Shown here: piece after piece, positions 1 to 8,882 of the stretch
Numbering within the stretch: position 1 is the stretch's first letter
How the letters are laid out: each line of letters starts with the position of its first letter
IMG/VR virus record: IMGVR_UViG_2529293015_000001
Reading direction: 5' to 3' (one strand)
DNA length: 35,093 nt
DNA from: a virus
Taxonomy: Duplodnaviria > Heunggongvirae > Uroviricota > Caudoviricetes
The notes under the pieces: model-generated
The model's database searches: none
Seen by the model: only the letters and a program-made list of their open reading frames with translations
Told to the model about the DNA's origin: nothing
Made by a program: the position numbers and the translations under genes

Positions 1-75
1 CCACTTATCCAATAGTATTAAGACCTGAAAGACAGTAACGGTAAGGCATTAACCGGACTGGCTGATAACATTGAA

Positions 76-2163
76 ATGTCTGTGGAATTTACTGCGGATA
101 GCAATAGTGCTCGACAGCGTGAAACGGTAACTGCTCCGTCATTAGGCGCGGTAGAGGAAATCTCTGCTGGTGTATATCGCTCTGTTCTGGCTGCTGGTTC
201 GCAGGCTGGGACGGTACGTGTAACTGCAAAAGTTCAGGGAAAAACATTTACTCTCAGTATTAAGCAAACAGCAGCAACAGAACCTGATTCTGAGGTCAGT
301 GCTGCTTTAACCGCTGCACCAGCAGAACAGGTAGTTGGTTACAATATCAATCTACAACTGGCAGTGAAGGATTCACAAGGAAATGCAATCACTGGTGATA
401 ACACTCTGAGCTTTTATGCTCTTAACCAGGCAGAAGGAGTCGAGTTTGGGACTGTAACGGAAAAAGACGGTGTCTATAGCGCGACAGTAACTTCAAAACG
501 AGCTGGTAAGATTACTATCGGTGTTAAATCTGATAGTCATGATTTCTCAGGTGTTAAGAAAGAAATCACCTTTATTGAGGACCGGCAGCAGGTTACATTC
601 TCTCAGTTTGAAGCCAGCCAAAATAATGCATTGGCTGATGGAATACAGAGAAATATGGTAACTGTAAGCCTTGCGGACCGTTTCGGCAATGTTGTTCCTG
701 GTTATGCTGTTACGTTGTCCTTACCTGCGGGGGTAACTCAAGTTGGTGGTGAACATGCAGTGTCAACTGACGAAAACGGAAATGCTGTTTTTGCATTAAT
801 AAGCTCCACTCCAGGTTCTTACGTGATTAAAGCTCACGCTGGGCCTCAGGTATCTACTGAGTTAACTGTAACCTTTGCATCAAATATGAGCGGAGCTTCA
901 CTGTCACTGATGCCTGAAAACAGTAGCTTAATTTCGAATATTCCTGCTAATGGTAAAGATGCTGCGGTATTGAATGTTCAGCTAACAAATAATACTAATG
1001 CGTCGGTTAATGGACAGAAGGTTCAGCTCATCACCTCATCTGAAGGGTTGTCTGTGCCGACAAATATCGTGACTGATTCAACAGGACATGTTTCTGTACC
1101 AGTTACAACGGTTAGAGCTGGTGAGTACACGGTAACTGCACGGGTGACTGATGGTTCTAATAGTGTGGAATCTGGAAGCGTTAAGTTAACTTTTGTGCCA
1201 GATATTGCTTCCGCAGAACTCACTATGAGTGTATCAAAACAGCAGATTGTGGCCGATAGCAGTGAAAGTGCAACAGTAGACATTCAGTTGGTTGACGCCA
1301 ATAACAATACGTTTACCGGTGATGTAAATTTAACGATCACCCCATCGACGGGAGCATCATTGACCAGCAGTAAACTGCAGCTGGATGCTTATGGAAAGGC
1401 ATCAACGCAGTTCACTGCATCGAAATCGGGCCAGTACACAATTCAGGCCGAGCATGTTCAGGATGGGAAACGCATAACGGCGAGCCAAAATATTGATGCC
1501 GTGACGGATGTGAAGGAGGCTGTGTTGGAGATCGCATCATCTGTATCTTCTGCTGTTGTGAGCGATTCCAACAATCTTACATTTACGTTGCATCTGAAAA
1601 ATACGTCAGGCGAAGCATTAAGTGGTCGAGCACTGAATATTAAGACTTCTGGACCGTCCAAATATGGTGCTTTGGTGGTTGATAAAACCACAGTAACGAC
1701 TGATGAGCGCGGCCAGGCTACGGTAAGCGTACATGGTCGAACGGCTGGTTCGTATAAATTAACGGCGACCTTAAACGAACTTGGTAGTGATGTTAGCGCG
1801 GTGAAATCATTCTCCCTGTACGCTGATGAAGCAAATGGGGTTCTGAGTCTTGAAAAAGACTATGGTTATGAGGTTAATGACGGCTCTCCAACAGGTATTT
1901 ATGCTCGATTTGTCGATCATTTTGGAAACCCATTATCTGGTACGGTTGAGTTTTCTGCTGGTAGTGAAGATAGTCCAGACTCTCAACACGTCAAAATGGA
2001 ACCTGCTACAGTAACGTTAAGCTCGACAGGTTACGCTGCCTCTGAGTTCAGCACCTATGAAAGTGGTTATCACTGGATTAAGGCCAAAATAACGAATAGC
2101 AAAAATACATATGAGAAAACAATAAGGACTTATGTTGTAAAACTACCTGAAAAGGATAGTTAA
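76..2163 (+). CDS. Ig-like (Big_1-type) repeat adhesin of the invasin/intimin passenger kind; no signal peptide or beta-barrel visible, so probably a 3' fragment or frameshifted gene
   Basis: 695-aa ORF made of about seven tandem ~95-aa T/S/V/G-rich repeats typical of bacterial Ig-like domains; in-frame stops at 13-21 just upstream; no convincing SD before ATG 76; GC lower than phage core. Confidence 0.5.
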   Translation: MSVEFTADSNSARQRETVTAPSLGAVEEISAGVYRSVLAAGSQAGTVRVTAKVQGKTFTLSIKQTAATEPDSEVSAALTAAPAEQVVGYNINLQLAVKDSQGNAITGDNTLSFYALNQAEGVEFGTVTEKDGVYSATVTSKRAGKITIGVKSDSHDFSGVKKEITFIEDRQQVTFSQFEASQNNALADGIQRNMVTVSLADRFGNVVPGYAVTLSLPAGVTQVGGEHAVSTDENGNAVFALISSTPGSYVIKAHAGPQVSTELTVTFASNMSGASLSLMPENSSLISNIPANGKDAAVLNVQLTNNTNASVNGQKVQLITSSEGLSVPTNIVTDSTGHVSVPVTTVRAGEYTVTARVTDGSNSVESGSVKLTFVPDIASAELTMSVSKQQIVADSSESATVDIQLVDANNNTFTGDVNLTITPSTGASLTSSKLQLDAYGKASTQFTASKSGQYTIQAEHVQDGKRITASQNIDAVTDVKEAVLEIASSVSSAVVSDSNNLTFTLHLKNTSGEALSGRALNIKTSGPSKYGALVVDKTTVTTDERGQATVSVHGRTAGSYKLTATLNELGSDVSAVKSFSLYADEANGVLSLEKDYGYEVNDGSPTGIYARFVDHFGNPLSGTVEFSAGSEDSPDSQHVKMEPATVTLSSTGYAASEFSTYESGYHWIKAKITNSKNTYEKTIRTYVVKLPEKDS

Positions 2164-2175
2164 CAAAATTGAATG

Positions 2176-2201
2176 GGGAGGGCTTAGCCCTCCCTCTTTT
2201 T
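2176..2201. terminator. Bidirectional intrinsic terminator between convergent genes
   Basis: Perfect 8-bp GC-rich stem GGGAGGGC/GCCCTCCC (2176-2183, 2187-2194), loop TTA, then TCTTTTT; A/T run on the other side as well. Confidence 0.7.
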
Positions 2202-3243
2202 ACAGGTTAGCGTTTGGGTTTTGTTGTTGGGGAGCTGTTTTTATAGGCGCTCCCAGGTTTTTAGTAAACCACTCAACGACTCTGTTTATAATAATTGGCT
2301 GATACCATGTCTTATCGCCATGCTCGGCCCCTTCTACCAGAACGTACTCAGCGTTATCGCTGTTCTTCTTCAACATCCTGAATAGTTTGGCGCTTTGCTC
2401 CGGTGAAACCAGAGTGTCTTTGCTACCATGCATAATAAGAAATGGAGGTTTTACTCCTTTCATATGTCCGATTGGACTGGCGTTTAGCGCTTTTTCTTTT
2501 GACGCTGTGATGGGGGCTCCCGCAAAATTTCTGAATGCAGGGCCATTGATCATTAAGGCTTCGGTTACGGCAGGAGAGCGATGAACCTCCTGAACTGATT
2601 CAGGGAACCCCTCGCCAATATTCAACAAGTCAGAAATTCCATAAAGTGTGGCAACTGCCTGAACATCTGAGGATTGCTGAAGAAAGTCACCTTTATCAAA
2701 GGTTTTGTCACCATTTGTAGTTCCCATCATCTGGGCAAGCCATCCACCGGCAGAGTCACCCAGAACTCCGATTCTTTGAGGATCAATCCCATAATCGCTG
2801 GCATGCTCTCTCAGGTAACGTATTGCAGCTTTTCCATCCTCAACTGGTGCTGGAAATGTATCAGGAATTGTTCGGTATTCTACAGCGGCCACAACAAAAC
2901 CAGCTTCTGCCAGAGCCATTCTCATTTCAATAAATTTGTCATGTTCAGAAGACATGAATCCGCCGCCGGGATAATAAATAATGGCTGGTTTTAAATCATT
3001 TGTTCGCGGGACAAGAACTGACATGTGAAGCTGTCTGACAGAACGAGTTCCTTTTATCTGGGAGTAAACAACATCACCAATGAGATCGACCTGGTTTCTG
3101 GTCGGTGAAACACTAATGATATCTGCGCCCGGGGTGTAACCAGGAAGATTAGTCTGGACAGGTGTTGCACAACTCCCGACCGACATGGCCATTGACATAC
3201 CATACAATAGTGTTGCAGATGATAATATCTTGTTAATTTTCAT
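2200..3243 (-). CDS. Lipoprotein alpha/beta-hydrolase, hormone-sensitive-lipase-type esterase/lipase
   Basis: 347 aa; N-terminal signal with lipobox-like VGSC; HGG-like oxyanion motif YYPGGGF; nucleophile elbow GDSAG; later Asp and His consistent with a catalytic triad. Confidence 0.65.
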   Translation of the reverse strand: MKINKILSSATLLYGMSMAMSVGSCATPVQTNLPGYTPGADIISVSPTRNQVDLIGDVVYSQIKGTRSVRQLHMSVLVPRTNDLKPAIIYYPGGGFMSSEHDKFIEMRMALAEAGFVVAAVEYRTIPDTFPAPVEDGKAAIRYLREHASDYGIDPQRIGVLGDSAGGWLAQMMGTTNGDKTFDKGDFLQQSSDVQAVATLYGISDLLNIGEGFPESVQEVHRSPAVTEALMINGPAFRNFAGAPITASKEKALNASPIGHMKGVKPPFLIMHGSKDTLVSPEQSAKLFRMLKKNSDNAEYVLVEGAEHGDKTWYQPIIINRVVEWFTKNLGAPIKTAPQQQNPNANL

Positions 3244-3690
3244 GTTTTACATGCCTTGACTTATCGGATGAAATTCTCTTACTGAATTTAACGGCAGTTT
3301 AATAGCCGTACAACTCGTGGTAGCCAGGGAAATATCCCAGTCGTGGTTAAGGTTGTACTTGACGGCTATTATTTCAACAATGCTTAAAGTGAGAGCTTAA
3401 GGTTATGCGTATGTTTTACAGCCCGAGTAGATTCTGACCAATAGCTTCTTTGTATAATTCTGTCAGAAATAAATCTTGGCTTGCATGAAGTTTGAGACCT
3501 TATCTTGTTTGATTATGAATAATCAATTCGCCATAATTGTATCACCGGAGCCTGAACAACTCCGGTGACTTCTGCGCTAAACGGGGACGTTTATGCGCAC
3601 ATACAATCCAACCTATCTTCTCCCTTCACAGATGCAGAAATGCACCTGCGATATCTTGCATCCAGCGTTTGATCTCTGCGGAGGTGAAGC

Positions 3691-4146
3691 GTGAACTTCC
3701 CACAAGATGGCATCAAACTGCATCGCGGTAACTTCACCGCTATCGGTCGGCAGATCCAGCCTTATCTGGAGGACGGCAAATGCTTTCGCATGGTGCTTAA
3801 ACCATGGCGCGAGAGACGCAGTCTTTCCCAGAATGCACTCAGCCACATGTGGTACAGCGAAATCAGTGAATACCTCATCAGCAGGGGTAAAACGTTCGCC
3901 ACTCCAGCTTGGGTAAAAGATGCTCTCAAACACACTTATCTCGGTTATGAAACCAAAGAACTGGTTGATGTCGTAACCGGTGAAATCACCACCATTCAGT
4001 CATTACGTCATACCTCCGATCTCGATACCGGAGAGATGTATGTCTTCCTGTGTAAGGTTGAAGCCTGGGCGATGAATATTGGTTGCCACCTGACTATTCC
4101 GCAGAGCTGCGAGTTCCAGCTGCTGCGCGACAAGCAGGAGGCGTAA
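3691..4146 (+). CDS. ybcN: YbcN/NinB-like nin-region protein (DNA base-flipping protein family)
   Basis: 151 aa, GTG start with SD GGAGGTG 4-5 nt upstream; sequence recalled as close to E. coli DLP12 YbcN; first gene of a ybcN-ninE-ybcO-rusA block. Confidence 0.55.
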   Translation: MNFPQDGIKLHRGNFTAIGRQIQPYLEDGKCFRMVLKPWRERRSLSQNALSHMWYSEISEYLISRGKTFATPAWVKDALKHTYLGYETKELVDVVTGEITTIQSLRHTSDLDTGEMYVFLCKVEAWAMNIGCHLTIPQSCEFQLLRDKQEA

Positions 4147-4316
4147 TGGCTACACCGCTTATTCGTGTCATGAACGGACACATCTACAGAGTACCAAATC
4201 GTCGTAAGCGTAAACCTGAGCTGAAGCCATCCGAAATACCAACACTGCTCGGATATACCGCCAGCCTGGTTGATAAAAAATGGTTGCGACTGGCAGCAAG
4301 GAGGAATCATGGCTGA
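4146..4316 (+). CDS. ninE: NinE-like small protein
   Basis: ATG overlaps ybcN stop (TAATG); 56 aa basic protein with KRKP...W.R signature recalled from lambda/DLP12 NinE; the six-frame ORF 4083-4316 is an upstream extension of it. Confidence 0.55.
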   Translation: MATPLIRVMNGHIYRVPNRRKRKPELKPSEIPTLLGYTASLVDKKWLRLAARRNHG

Positions 4317-4638
4317 TTTGAGAAAAGCAGCGTGTGGTCGGGAATGCCAGGTAAGAATCCCAGGCGTATGTAATGGCAATCCTGAAACGTCTGTACTGGC
4401 ACATATCCGGCTGGCTGGATTGTGCGATACCGGTATCAAACCGCCAGACCTGATTGCCACCATTGCATGTTCTGCCTGTCACGACGAAATCGACCGTCGC
4501 ACGCATTTTGTTGACGCTGGATATGCAAAAGAATGCGCGCTGGAAGGTATGGCGAGAACACTGGTTATCTGGCTGAAAGAGGGGTTATTAAGGCGTGAAT
4601 ACCTACAGCATCACATTACCCTGGCCTCCGAGCAATAA
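4309..4638 (+). CDS. ybcO: YbcO-like (DUF1364) putative nuclease, Cys-rich
   Basis: ATG 4309 preceded by AGGAGG; [23 protein letters not shown]... recalled as DLP12 YbcO; several conserved Cys. Confidence 0.6.
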   Translation: MADLRKAACGRECQVRIPGVCNGNPETSVLAHIRLAGLCDTGIKPPDLIATIACSACHDEIDRRTHFVDAGYAKECALEGMARTLVIWLKEGLLRREYLQHHITLASEQ

Positions 4639-4957
4639 TCGCTATTACCGCCATAATCGCGGGCGCACGCACGTCAGCGCAGAGGGGCAGGCATACCGCG
4701 ATAACGTCGCCCGAATTATTAAAAACGCAATGCTGGATATCGGCCTGGCTATTCCTGTGAAAATCCGCATTGAGTGCCACATGCCGGATCGCCGTCGCCG
4801 TGACCTAGATAATCTGCAAAAGGCCGCTTTTGACGCACTCACCAAAGCAGGTTTCTGGCTGGATGATGTTCAGGTCGTTGATTACCGCGTTGTGAAGATG
4901 CCCGTTACCAAAGGTGGGAAGCTGGAGCTGACCATCACCGAACTGGGGAATGAATGA
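4595..4957 (+). CDS. rusA: RusA Holliday-junction resolvase
   Basis: 120 aa; [18 protein letters not shown]... matches recalled RusA of prophage DLP12 almost residue for residue; GTG start overlapping ybcO 3' end. Confidence 0.85.
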   Translation: MNTYSITLPWPPSNNRYYRHNRGRTHVSAEGQAYRDNVARIIKNAMLDIGLAIPVKIRIECHMPDRRRRDLDNLQKAAFDALTKAGFWLDDVQVVDYRVVKMPVTKGGKLELTITELGNE

Positions 4958-5094
4958 TGTTTGAGTCTTATATAGCAGAACGTCTTCGCCACCGCTGGAT
5001 GCGCCTGCGCTTATATCGTTTCCCCGGTTCTGTTTTGACCGATTACCGGATACTGAAGAATTACGCCAAAACACTGAAAGGAGCTGCCGCATGA
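4954..5094 (+). CDS. ylcG: YlcG-like small protein (46 aa)
   Basis: ATG 4954 overlaps rusA stop; stop overlaps Q start (ATGA); [23 protein letters not shown]...; same position as ylcG between rusA and Q in DLP12; below the 60-aa ORF-track cutoff. Confidence 0.45.
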   Translation: MMFESYIAERLRHRWMRLRLYRFPGSVLTDYRILKNYAKTLKGAAA

Positions 5095-5798
5095 ATACCC
5101 AATATTTACAGTATGTCCGCGAGCAACTCATTGTGGCTACCGCTGATTTGAGCGGAGCAACGAAAGGCCAGCTTGAAGCCTGGCTGGAGCATGCACAATT
5201 TGATACTGGTACATATAAACGAAAGAAGCCGCGCATTCTGGATGAGGTAACGGGCAAGACGATTACGCTGGATAATCCGCCGATCCCGGGAAAACAATCG
5301 CTGGCGAAAGGCTCATCAATTGCCCTGGTCAGCCCGGTTGAGTTTTCGACATCATCATGGCGGCGGGCGGTTCTGTCTCTTGAAGAACATCATAAAGTCT
5401 GGTTGTTGTGGTGTTATGGCGGAAACATTTACTGGGAGCATCAGATCGCGATAACGCAGTGGGCATGGAACGAGTTTAAGGCTCTGTTAGGTACAAGAAA
5501 AATTGCCAGTAAAACACTGGAACGCTTAAAGAAGTTGATCTGGCTGGCTGCACAGGATGTGAAGAACGAACTGGCCGGGCGTAAGACCTATGAATACCAG
5601 GCGCTGGCGGCGCTGCTTGGTGTGGCTAAATCCACTTGGACGGGGACTTATCTTCCCTACTGGTTGATGATGTGGGATGTATATGTCCGTCTGGATAACG
5701 AAGCATTGTGTCATGCGTCCCTGACTCGTTCGCAACAGAGGTCGACAAACTACCATCAAAATATTGCAAAAACGAACCGGAATCGCTATATTTTATGA
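5091..5798 (+). CDS. Late-gene antiterminator Q-like protein
   Basis: 235 aa; SD AAAGGAG 8 nt upstream; sits after rusA/ylcG and before the lysis cassette, the canonical Q slot; resembles long Qin/phage-82-type Q rather than lambda Q or 127-aa DLP12 QuuD. Confidence 0.55.
   Translation: MNTQYLQYVREQLIVATADLSGATKGQLEAWLEHAQFDTGTYKRKKPRILDEVTGKTITLDNPPIPGKQSLAKGSSIALVSPVEFSTSSWRRAVLSLEEHHKVWLLWCYGGNIYWEHQIAITQWAWNEFKALLGTRKIASKTLERLKKLIWLAAQDVKNELAGRKTYEYQALAALLGVAKSTWTGTYLPYWLMMWDVYVRLDNEALCHASLTRSQQRSTNYHQNIAKTNRNRYIL
5764..5792 (+). promoter_or_regulatory. Candidate sigma70 late promoter (pR'-like), possibly with qut site
   Basis: TTGCAA (5764-5769), 17-bp spacer, TATATT (5787-5792), overlapping the last Q codons. 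Confidence 0.35.
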
Positions 5799-5847
5799 AA
5801 TCCTGATATTATGCGAATATTTTATTCGCTGGTAGTAAACCAGCTTT

Positions 5848-5878
5848 CCCCAAGGAGCTACTCCTTGGGGTTTTTATT
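5848..5878 (+). terminator. Strong intrinsic terminator, candidate tR' ending a ~75-nt leader RNA
   Basis: Perfect 10-bp stem CCCCAAGGAG/CTCCTTGGGG with loop CTA followed by TTTTTATTTATT. Confidence 0.6.
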
Positions 5879-6036
5879 TATTATTGCAACGACATTTATA
5901 ATACCGTTGCTTTATTGTAACGGTGTTCCCTGCTGTAGCCTTATTTTTTTGTGGGTTTTTTCTTGCTGAAGTTTGGCAAAGTGAACTTTGTATGCATATA
6001 CTTCATCCAAATATTCAGTAATATCAGGTGGATGAT

Positions 6037-6771
6037 ATGGCAATTACATGTTCAGTTATATTGGTTCTGGAGTCGTTTGATGTGCCTTTGGGAAAGAATA
6101 GAGTGTTTCTGGAAAAAGGCTCATCTGTACTTGTTGACTATGGAACCAGAGATTTTTTTCTGACATATCCGGAAAGAGTTATAGTAGCGGATTTTGGTGG
6201 TGAATTTATTAGCCGCTATTTGAAAGCTAATAATCTAAGGGGTTTTTCTGATTGTAGGGAATATCCATCTTATATAAAAACAAATTTTGCTGATTTCAGT
6301 CTAATTAAGGGGTTAATTAGTTGGGCTAATCACTGCACTGAATACATTGAAGTTTTAGATGAGTCTATTGCATTTACATGCCTATCCGCATTTGCGTCGG
6401 AAAAACAATTTACAATATTCCTGTTTGGATGTCTGAAAAGTGTAGGGGCTAAAGTTAAAGCGATTATTCATACGGATATGTCTGCACCCTGGCGTCTTAA
6501 AGATATATCTTCAAGATTATATCTCAGCGAAAGTTTGCTAAAGAGGAAATTGAGAGAAGAAGGTCTGTCATTCAGTAAAATTATACTTGATGAGAGGATG
6601 CGGATGGCTGAATATTTACTCAGCACTCGTTGCTATTCTATTCGCAAAGTAGCCGAGGTCTGTGGTTATGTAAGTGTCTCGTACTTTGTTCATGTATTTA
6701 GATGTTATTTTGGTATTTCTCCAAACCAGTATTCACAGAAGAACTCAGAAAGTGAGATTATCACTCACTAG
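6037..6771 (+). CDS. AraC-family transcriptional regulator of the AppY/YdeO/GadX-like subfamily; moron
   Basis: C-terminal twin helix-turn-helix typical of AraC/XylS (…IRKVAEVCGYVSVSYFVHVFRCYFGISPNQY); N-terminus M-x3-CSV parallels the appY-like ORF at 34362; AT-rich island; ATG 6037 with AGGTG upstream (GTG 6028 alternative). Confidence 0.75.
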   Translation: MAITCSVILVLESFDVPLGKNRVFLEKGSSVLVDYGTRDFFLTYPERVIVADFGGEFISRYLKANNLRGFSDCREYPSYIKTNFADFSLIKGLISWANHCTEYIEVLDESIAFTCLSAFASEKQFTIFLFGCLKSVGAKVKAIIHTDMSAPWRLKDISSRLYLSESLLKRKLREEGLSFSKIILDERMRMAEYLLSTRCYSIRKVAEVCGYVSVSYFVHVFRCYFGISPNQYSQKNSESEIITH

Positions 6772-6951
6772 AGCGGCTGTACGGTCTGCTGCTGATAGCT
6801 TTTACGGACCGTAGTAATACACCCAGAATGGACGCCAGCATTATTGCTGGTTTTTTGTAAAGTAAATCCGACAATTTCTTTAGCTATTTTATCTTCCTTT
6901 CTTTTTATCTTCGGTCTGATTATGCCATCCGTTCTGTACGGAGGTGAGGCT

Positions 6952-7167
6952 ATGAAATCCATGGACAAGTTAACAACGGGGGTCGCTTATGGCACATCTG
7001 CGGGTAATGCAGGTTTTTGGGCATTACAGCTACTTGATAAAGTGACCCCATCGCAGTGGGCTGCAATAGGTGTGCTGGGTAGTCTGATATTTGGTTTGCT
7101 GACGTACCTGACAAACCTGTATTTCAAGATAAAAGAGGACCGTCGCAAGGCGGCGCGGGGAGAGTAA
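6952..7167 (+). CDS. essD: Phage-21-type pinholin (S21/EssD family), dual-start
   Basis: 71 aa; [26 protein letters not shown]...[14 protein letters not shown] close to recalled S21; MKSM dual start typical of antiholin/holin pair; SD GGAGGTG; the 6844 ORF-track start is an upstream extension. Confidence 0.8.
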   Translation: MKSMDKLTTGVAYGTSAGNAGFWALQLLDKVTPSQWAAIGVLGSLIFGLLTYLTNLYFKIKEDRRKAARGE

Positions 7168-7171
7168 TTCA

Positions 7172-7516
7172 ATGATTAAAAGCTATGAGTTGATTGTGAA
7201 AGGGATCCGCAATTTTGAGAATAAAGTTGCGGTAACTGTAGCATTACGGGACAAAAAACGCTTTGACGGTGAAATTTTTGACCTGGACATCTCGCTGGAC
7301 CGTGTTGAAGGTGCCGCGCTGGAGTTTTATGAGGCAGCAGCCAGAAGGAGCATCAGACAGGTCTTCCTGGATGTTGCTGCCGGGTTATGTGAAGGGGATG
7401 AGCAGTCGCCGGAAAAGCGCCCCGTAATTTTAGAGGCGCAGAATGTGTGGATAACCTACAAAGGAAAGCTACCAGGAAGAATTACTGGTTCCCTGAAGAC
7501 TCCACCGAAATGGTAA
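7172..7516 (+). CDS. Hypothetical 114-aa protein between holin and endolysin; possibly YdfR-like (DUF1327)
   Basis: ATG 5 nt after holin stop; same position as ydfR between essQ and rrrQ in prophage Qin; family assignment from memory only. Confidence 0.4.
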   Translation: MIKSYELIVKGIRNFENKVAVTVALRDKKRFDGEIFDLDISLDRVEGAALEFYEAAARRSIRQVFLDVAAGLCEGDEQSPEKRPVILEAQNVWITYKGKLPGRITGSLKTPPKW

Positions 7517-7754
7517 TTTTACCAGCATATTTTTCTTCCAGTAATGCCGCCAGCCACTTAAAAGAATTTTGTTGTTCCTGGGACCATTTGGGGTTGCGTG
7601 ATTCAAGCAGGAGCGATGCCAGTGTTGGTTGCATTTGTTCTCTGGGAATTGATAAGGCCAGATATGAAAATGCAACAGTGAGGGCATTTACATCATCCCG
7701 AAGCCTGGAAATGCAGTCGAGCAACTCCTGTAGAGAAATGGTGTTATTGTCCAT
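7482..7754 (-). CDS. Hypothetical 90-aa protein, antisense to the late operon, convergent with and overlapping the previous ORF
   Basis: ATG (rc of 7752-7754) preceded by a strong SD AAGAGGA with 6-nt spacing; protein-like composition; no family recognised. Confidence 0.35.
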   Translation of the reverse strand: MDNNTISLQELLDCISRLRDDVNALTVAFSYLALSIPREQMQPTLASLLLESRNPKWSQEQQNSFKWLAALLEEKYAGKITISVESSGNQ

Positions 7755-7859
7755 AAATAATCCTCTTGATTGTATTTACCTTTTCCCCGCCTGATTCAAC
7801 AGGCCGGGGCAGATAAACATATCCAGGGTTCAGAAACCGATAAATCCTGATAAATATCC

Positions 7860-8393
7860 ATGAACGCAAAAATCAAATACGGCCTGTCAGCGGCCGTTCT
7901 GGCGCTGATTGGAGCAGGCGCATCTGCTCCTGAGATACTTGACCAGTTTCTGGATGAAAAAGAGGGTAACCACACTACGGCATACCGCGATGGTTCCGGC
8001 ATATGGACCATCTGCCGCGGTGCCACGATAGTAGATGGTAAACCTGTTATTCCGGGCATGACACTGACGAAGGAAAAATGCGTTCAGGTTAATGCCATTG
8101 AGCGTGATAAGGCGCTGGCATGGGTGGATCGCAATATTAAAGTAACACTGACCGAACCACAAAAAGCGGGTATCGCGTCATTTTGTCCCTATAACATTGG
8201 CCCCGGTAAGTGTTTTCCGTCGACGTTTTATAAGCGGCTGAATGCCGGTGATCGTAAGGGTGCATGCGAGGCGATTCGCTGGTGGATAAAAGATGGTGGG
8301 CGCGATTGCCGCATACGTTCAAATAACTGCTATGGACAGGTTATTCGCCGTGACCAGGAAAGCGCATTAGCCTGTTGGGGGATAGATCAGTGA
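7860..8393 (+). CDS. rrrD: SAR endolysin, lysozyme (GH24-like) with N-terminal signal-arrest-release domain
   Basis: 177 aa; [45 protein letters not shown]... recalled as near-identical to DLP12 RrrD; hydrophobic Gly/Ala-rich N-terminus fits a SAR domain and the pinholin partner. Confidence 0.85.
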   Translation: MNAKIKYGLSAAVLALIGAGASAPEILDQFLDEKEGNHTTAYRDGSGIWTICRGATIVDGKPVIPGMTLTKEKCVQVNAIERDKALAWVDRNIKVTLTEPQKAGIASFCPYNIGPGKCFPSTFYKRLNAGDRKGACEAIRWWIKDGGRDCRIRSNNCYGQVIRRDQESALACWGIDQ

Positions 8394-8851
8394 GCAGAGT
8401 CGCCGCGATTATTTATGCTCTGGTTATCTGCATCATCGTCTGCCTGTCATGGGCTGTTAATCATTACCGTGATAACGCCATTACCTACAAAGCCCAGCGC
8501 GACAAAAATGCCAAAGAACTGAAGCTGGCGAACGCGGCAATTACTGACATGCAGATGCGTCAGCGTGATGTTGCTGCGCTCGATGCAAAATACACGAAGG
8601 AGTTAGCTGATGCGAAAGCTGAAAATGATGCTCTGCGTGATGATGTTGCCGCTGGTCGTCGTCGGTTGCACATCAAAGCAGTCTGTCAGTCAGTGCGTGA
8701 AGCCACCACCGCCTCCGGCGTGGATAATGCAGCCTCCCCCCGACTGGCAGACACCGCTGAACAGGATTATTTCACCCTCAGAGAGAGGCTGATCACTATG
8801 CAAAAACAACTGGAAGGAACCCAGAAGTATATTAATGAGCAGTGCAGATAG
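8390..8851 (+). CDS. rzpD: Rz i-spanin
   Basis: GTG 8390 overlaps endolysin stop (GTGA); N-terminal TM helix then coiled-coil-like region; matches recalled DLP12 RzpD; ORF track extends to TTG 8375. Confidence 0.8.
   Translation: MSRVAAIIYALVICIIVCLSWAVNHYRDNAITYKAQRDKNAKELKLANAAITDMQMRQRDVAALDAKYTKELADAKAENDALRDDVAAGRRRLHIKAVCQSVREATTASGVDNAASPRLADTAEQDYFTLRERLITMQKQLEGTQKYINEQCR
8610..8792 (+). CDS. rzoD: Rz1 o-spanin lipoprotein, embedded in +1 frame inside Rz
   Basis: 60 aa; SD AAGGAG 8 nt upstream; signal peptide with lipobox VVGC; Pro-rich mature part (PPPPPAW...PPPDW). Confidence 0.75.
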   Translation: MRKLKMMLCVMMLPLVVVGCTSKQSVSQCVKPPPPPAWIMQPPPDWQTPLNRIISPSERG

Positions 8852-8882
8852 AGCTGCCCATATCGATGGGCAACTCATGCAA

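Noticed and set aside
2387-2994. Plus-strand ORFs 2387-2584 and 2674-2994 inside the esterase gene
   Set aside because: Antisense to a gene with clear catalytic motifs and signal peptide; no independent support.
3537-3933. Small ORFs 3537-3731 (+), 3613-3933 (-) and 3707-3916 (+) around the ybcN start
   Set aside because: They overlap the well-supported ybcN frame or the upstream non-coding region, and have Cys/Arg-rich odd compositions and no RBS.
7796-8322. Minus-strand ORFs 7796-8059, 7887-8162, 8137-8322 opposite the endolysin gene
   Set aside because: Antisense to the well-supported SAR endolysin; no RBS; compositions atypical.
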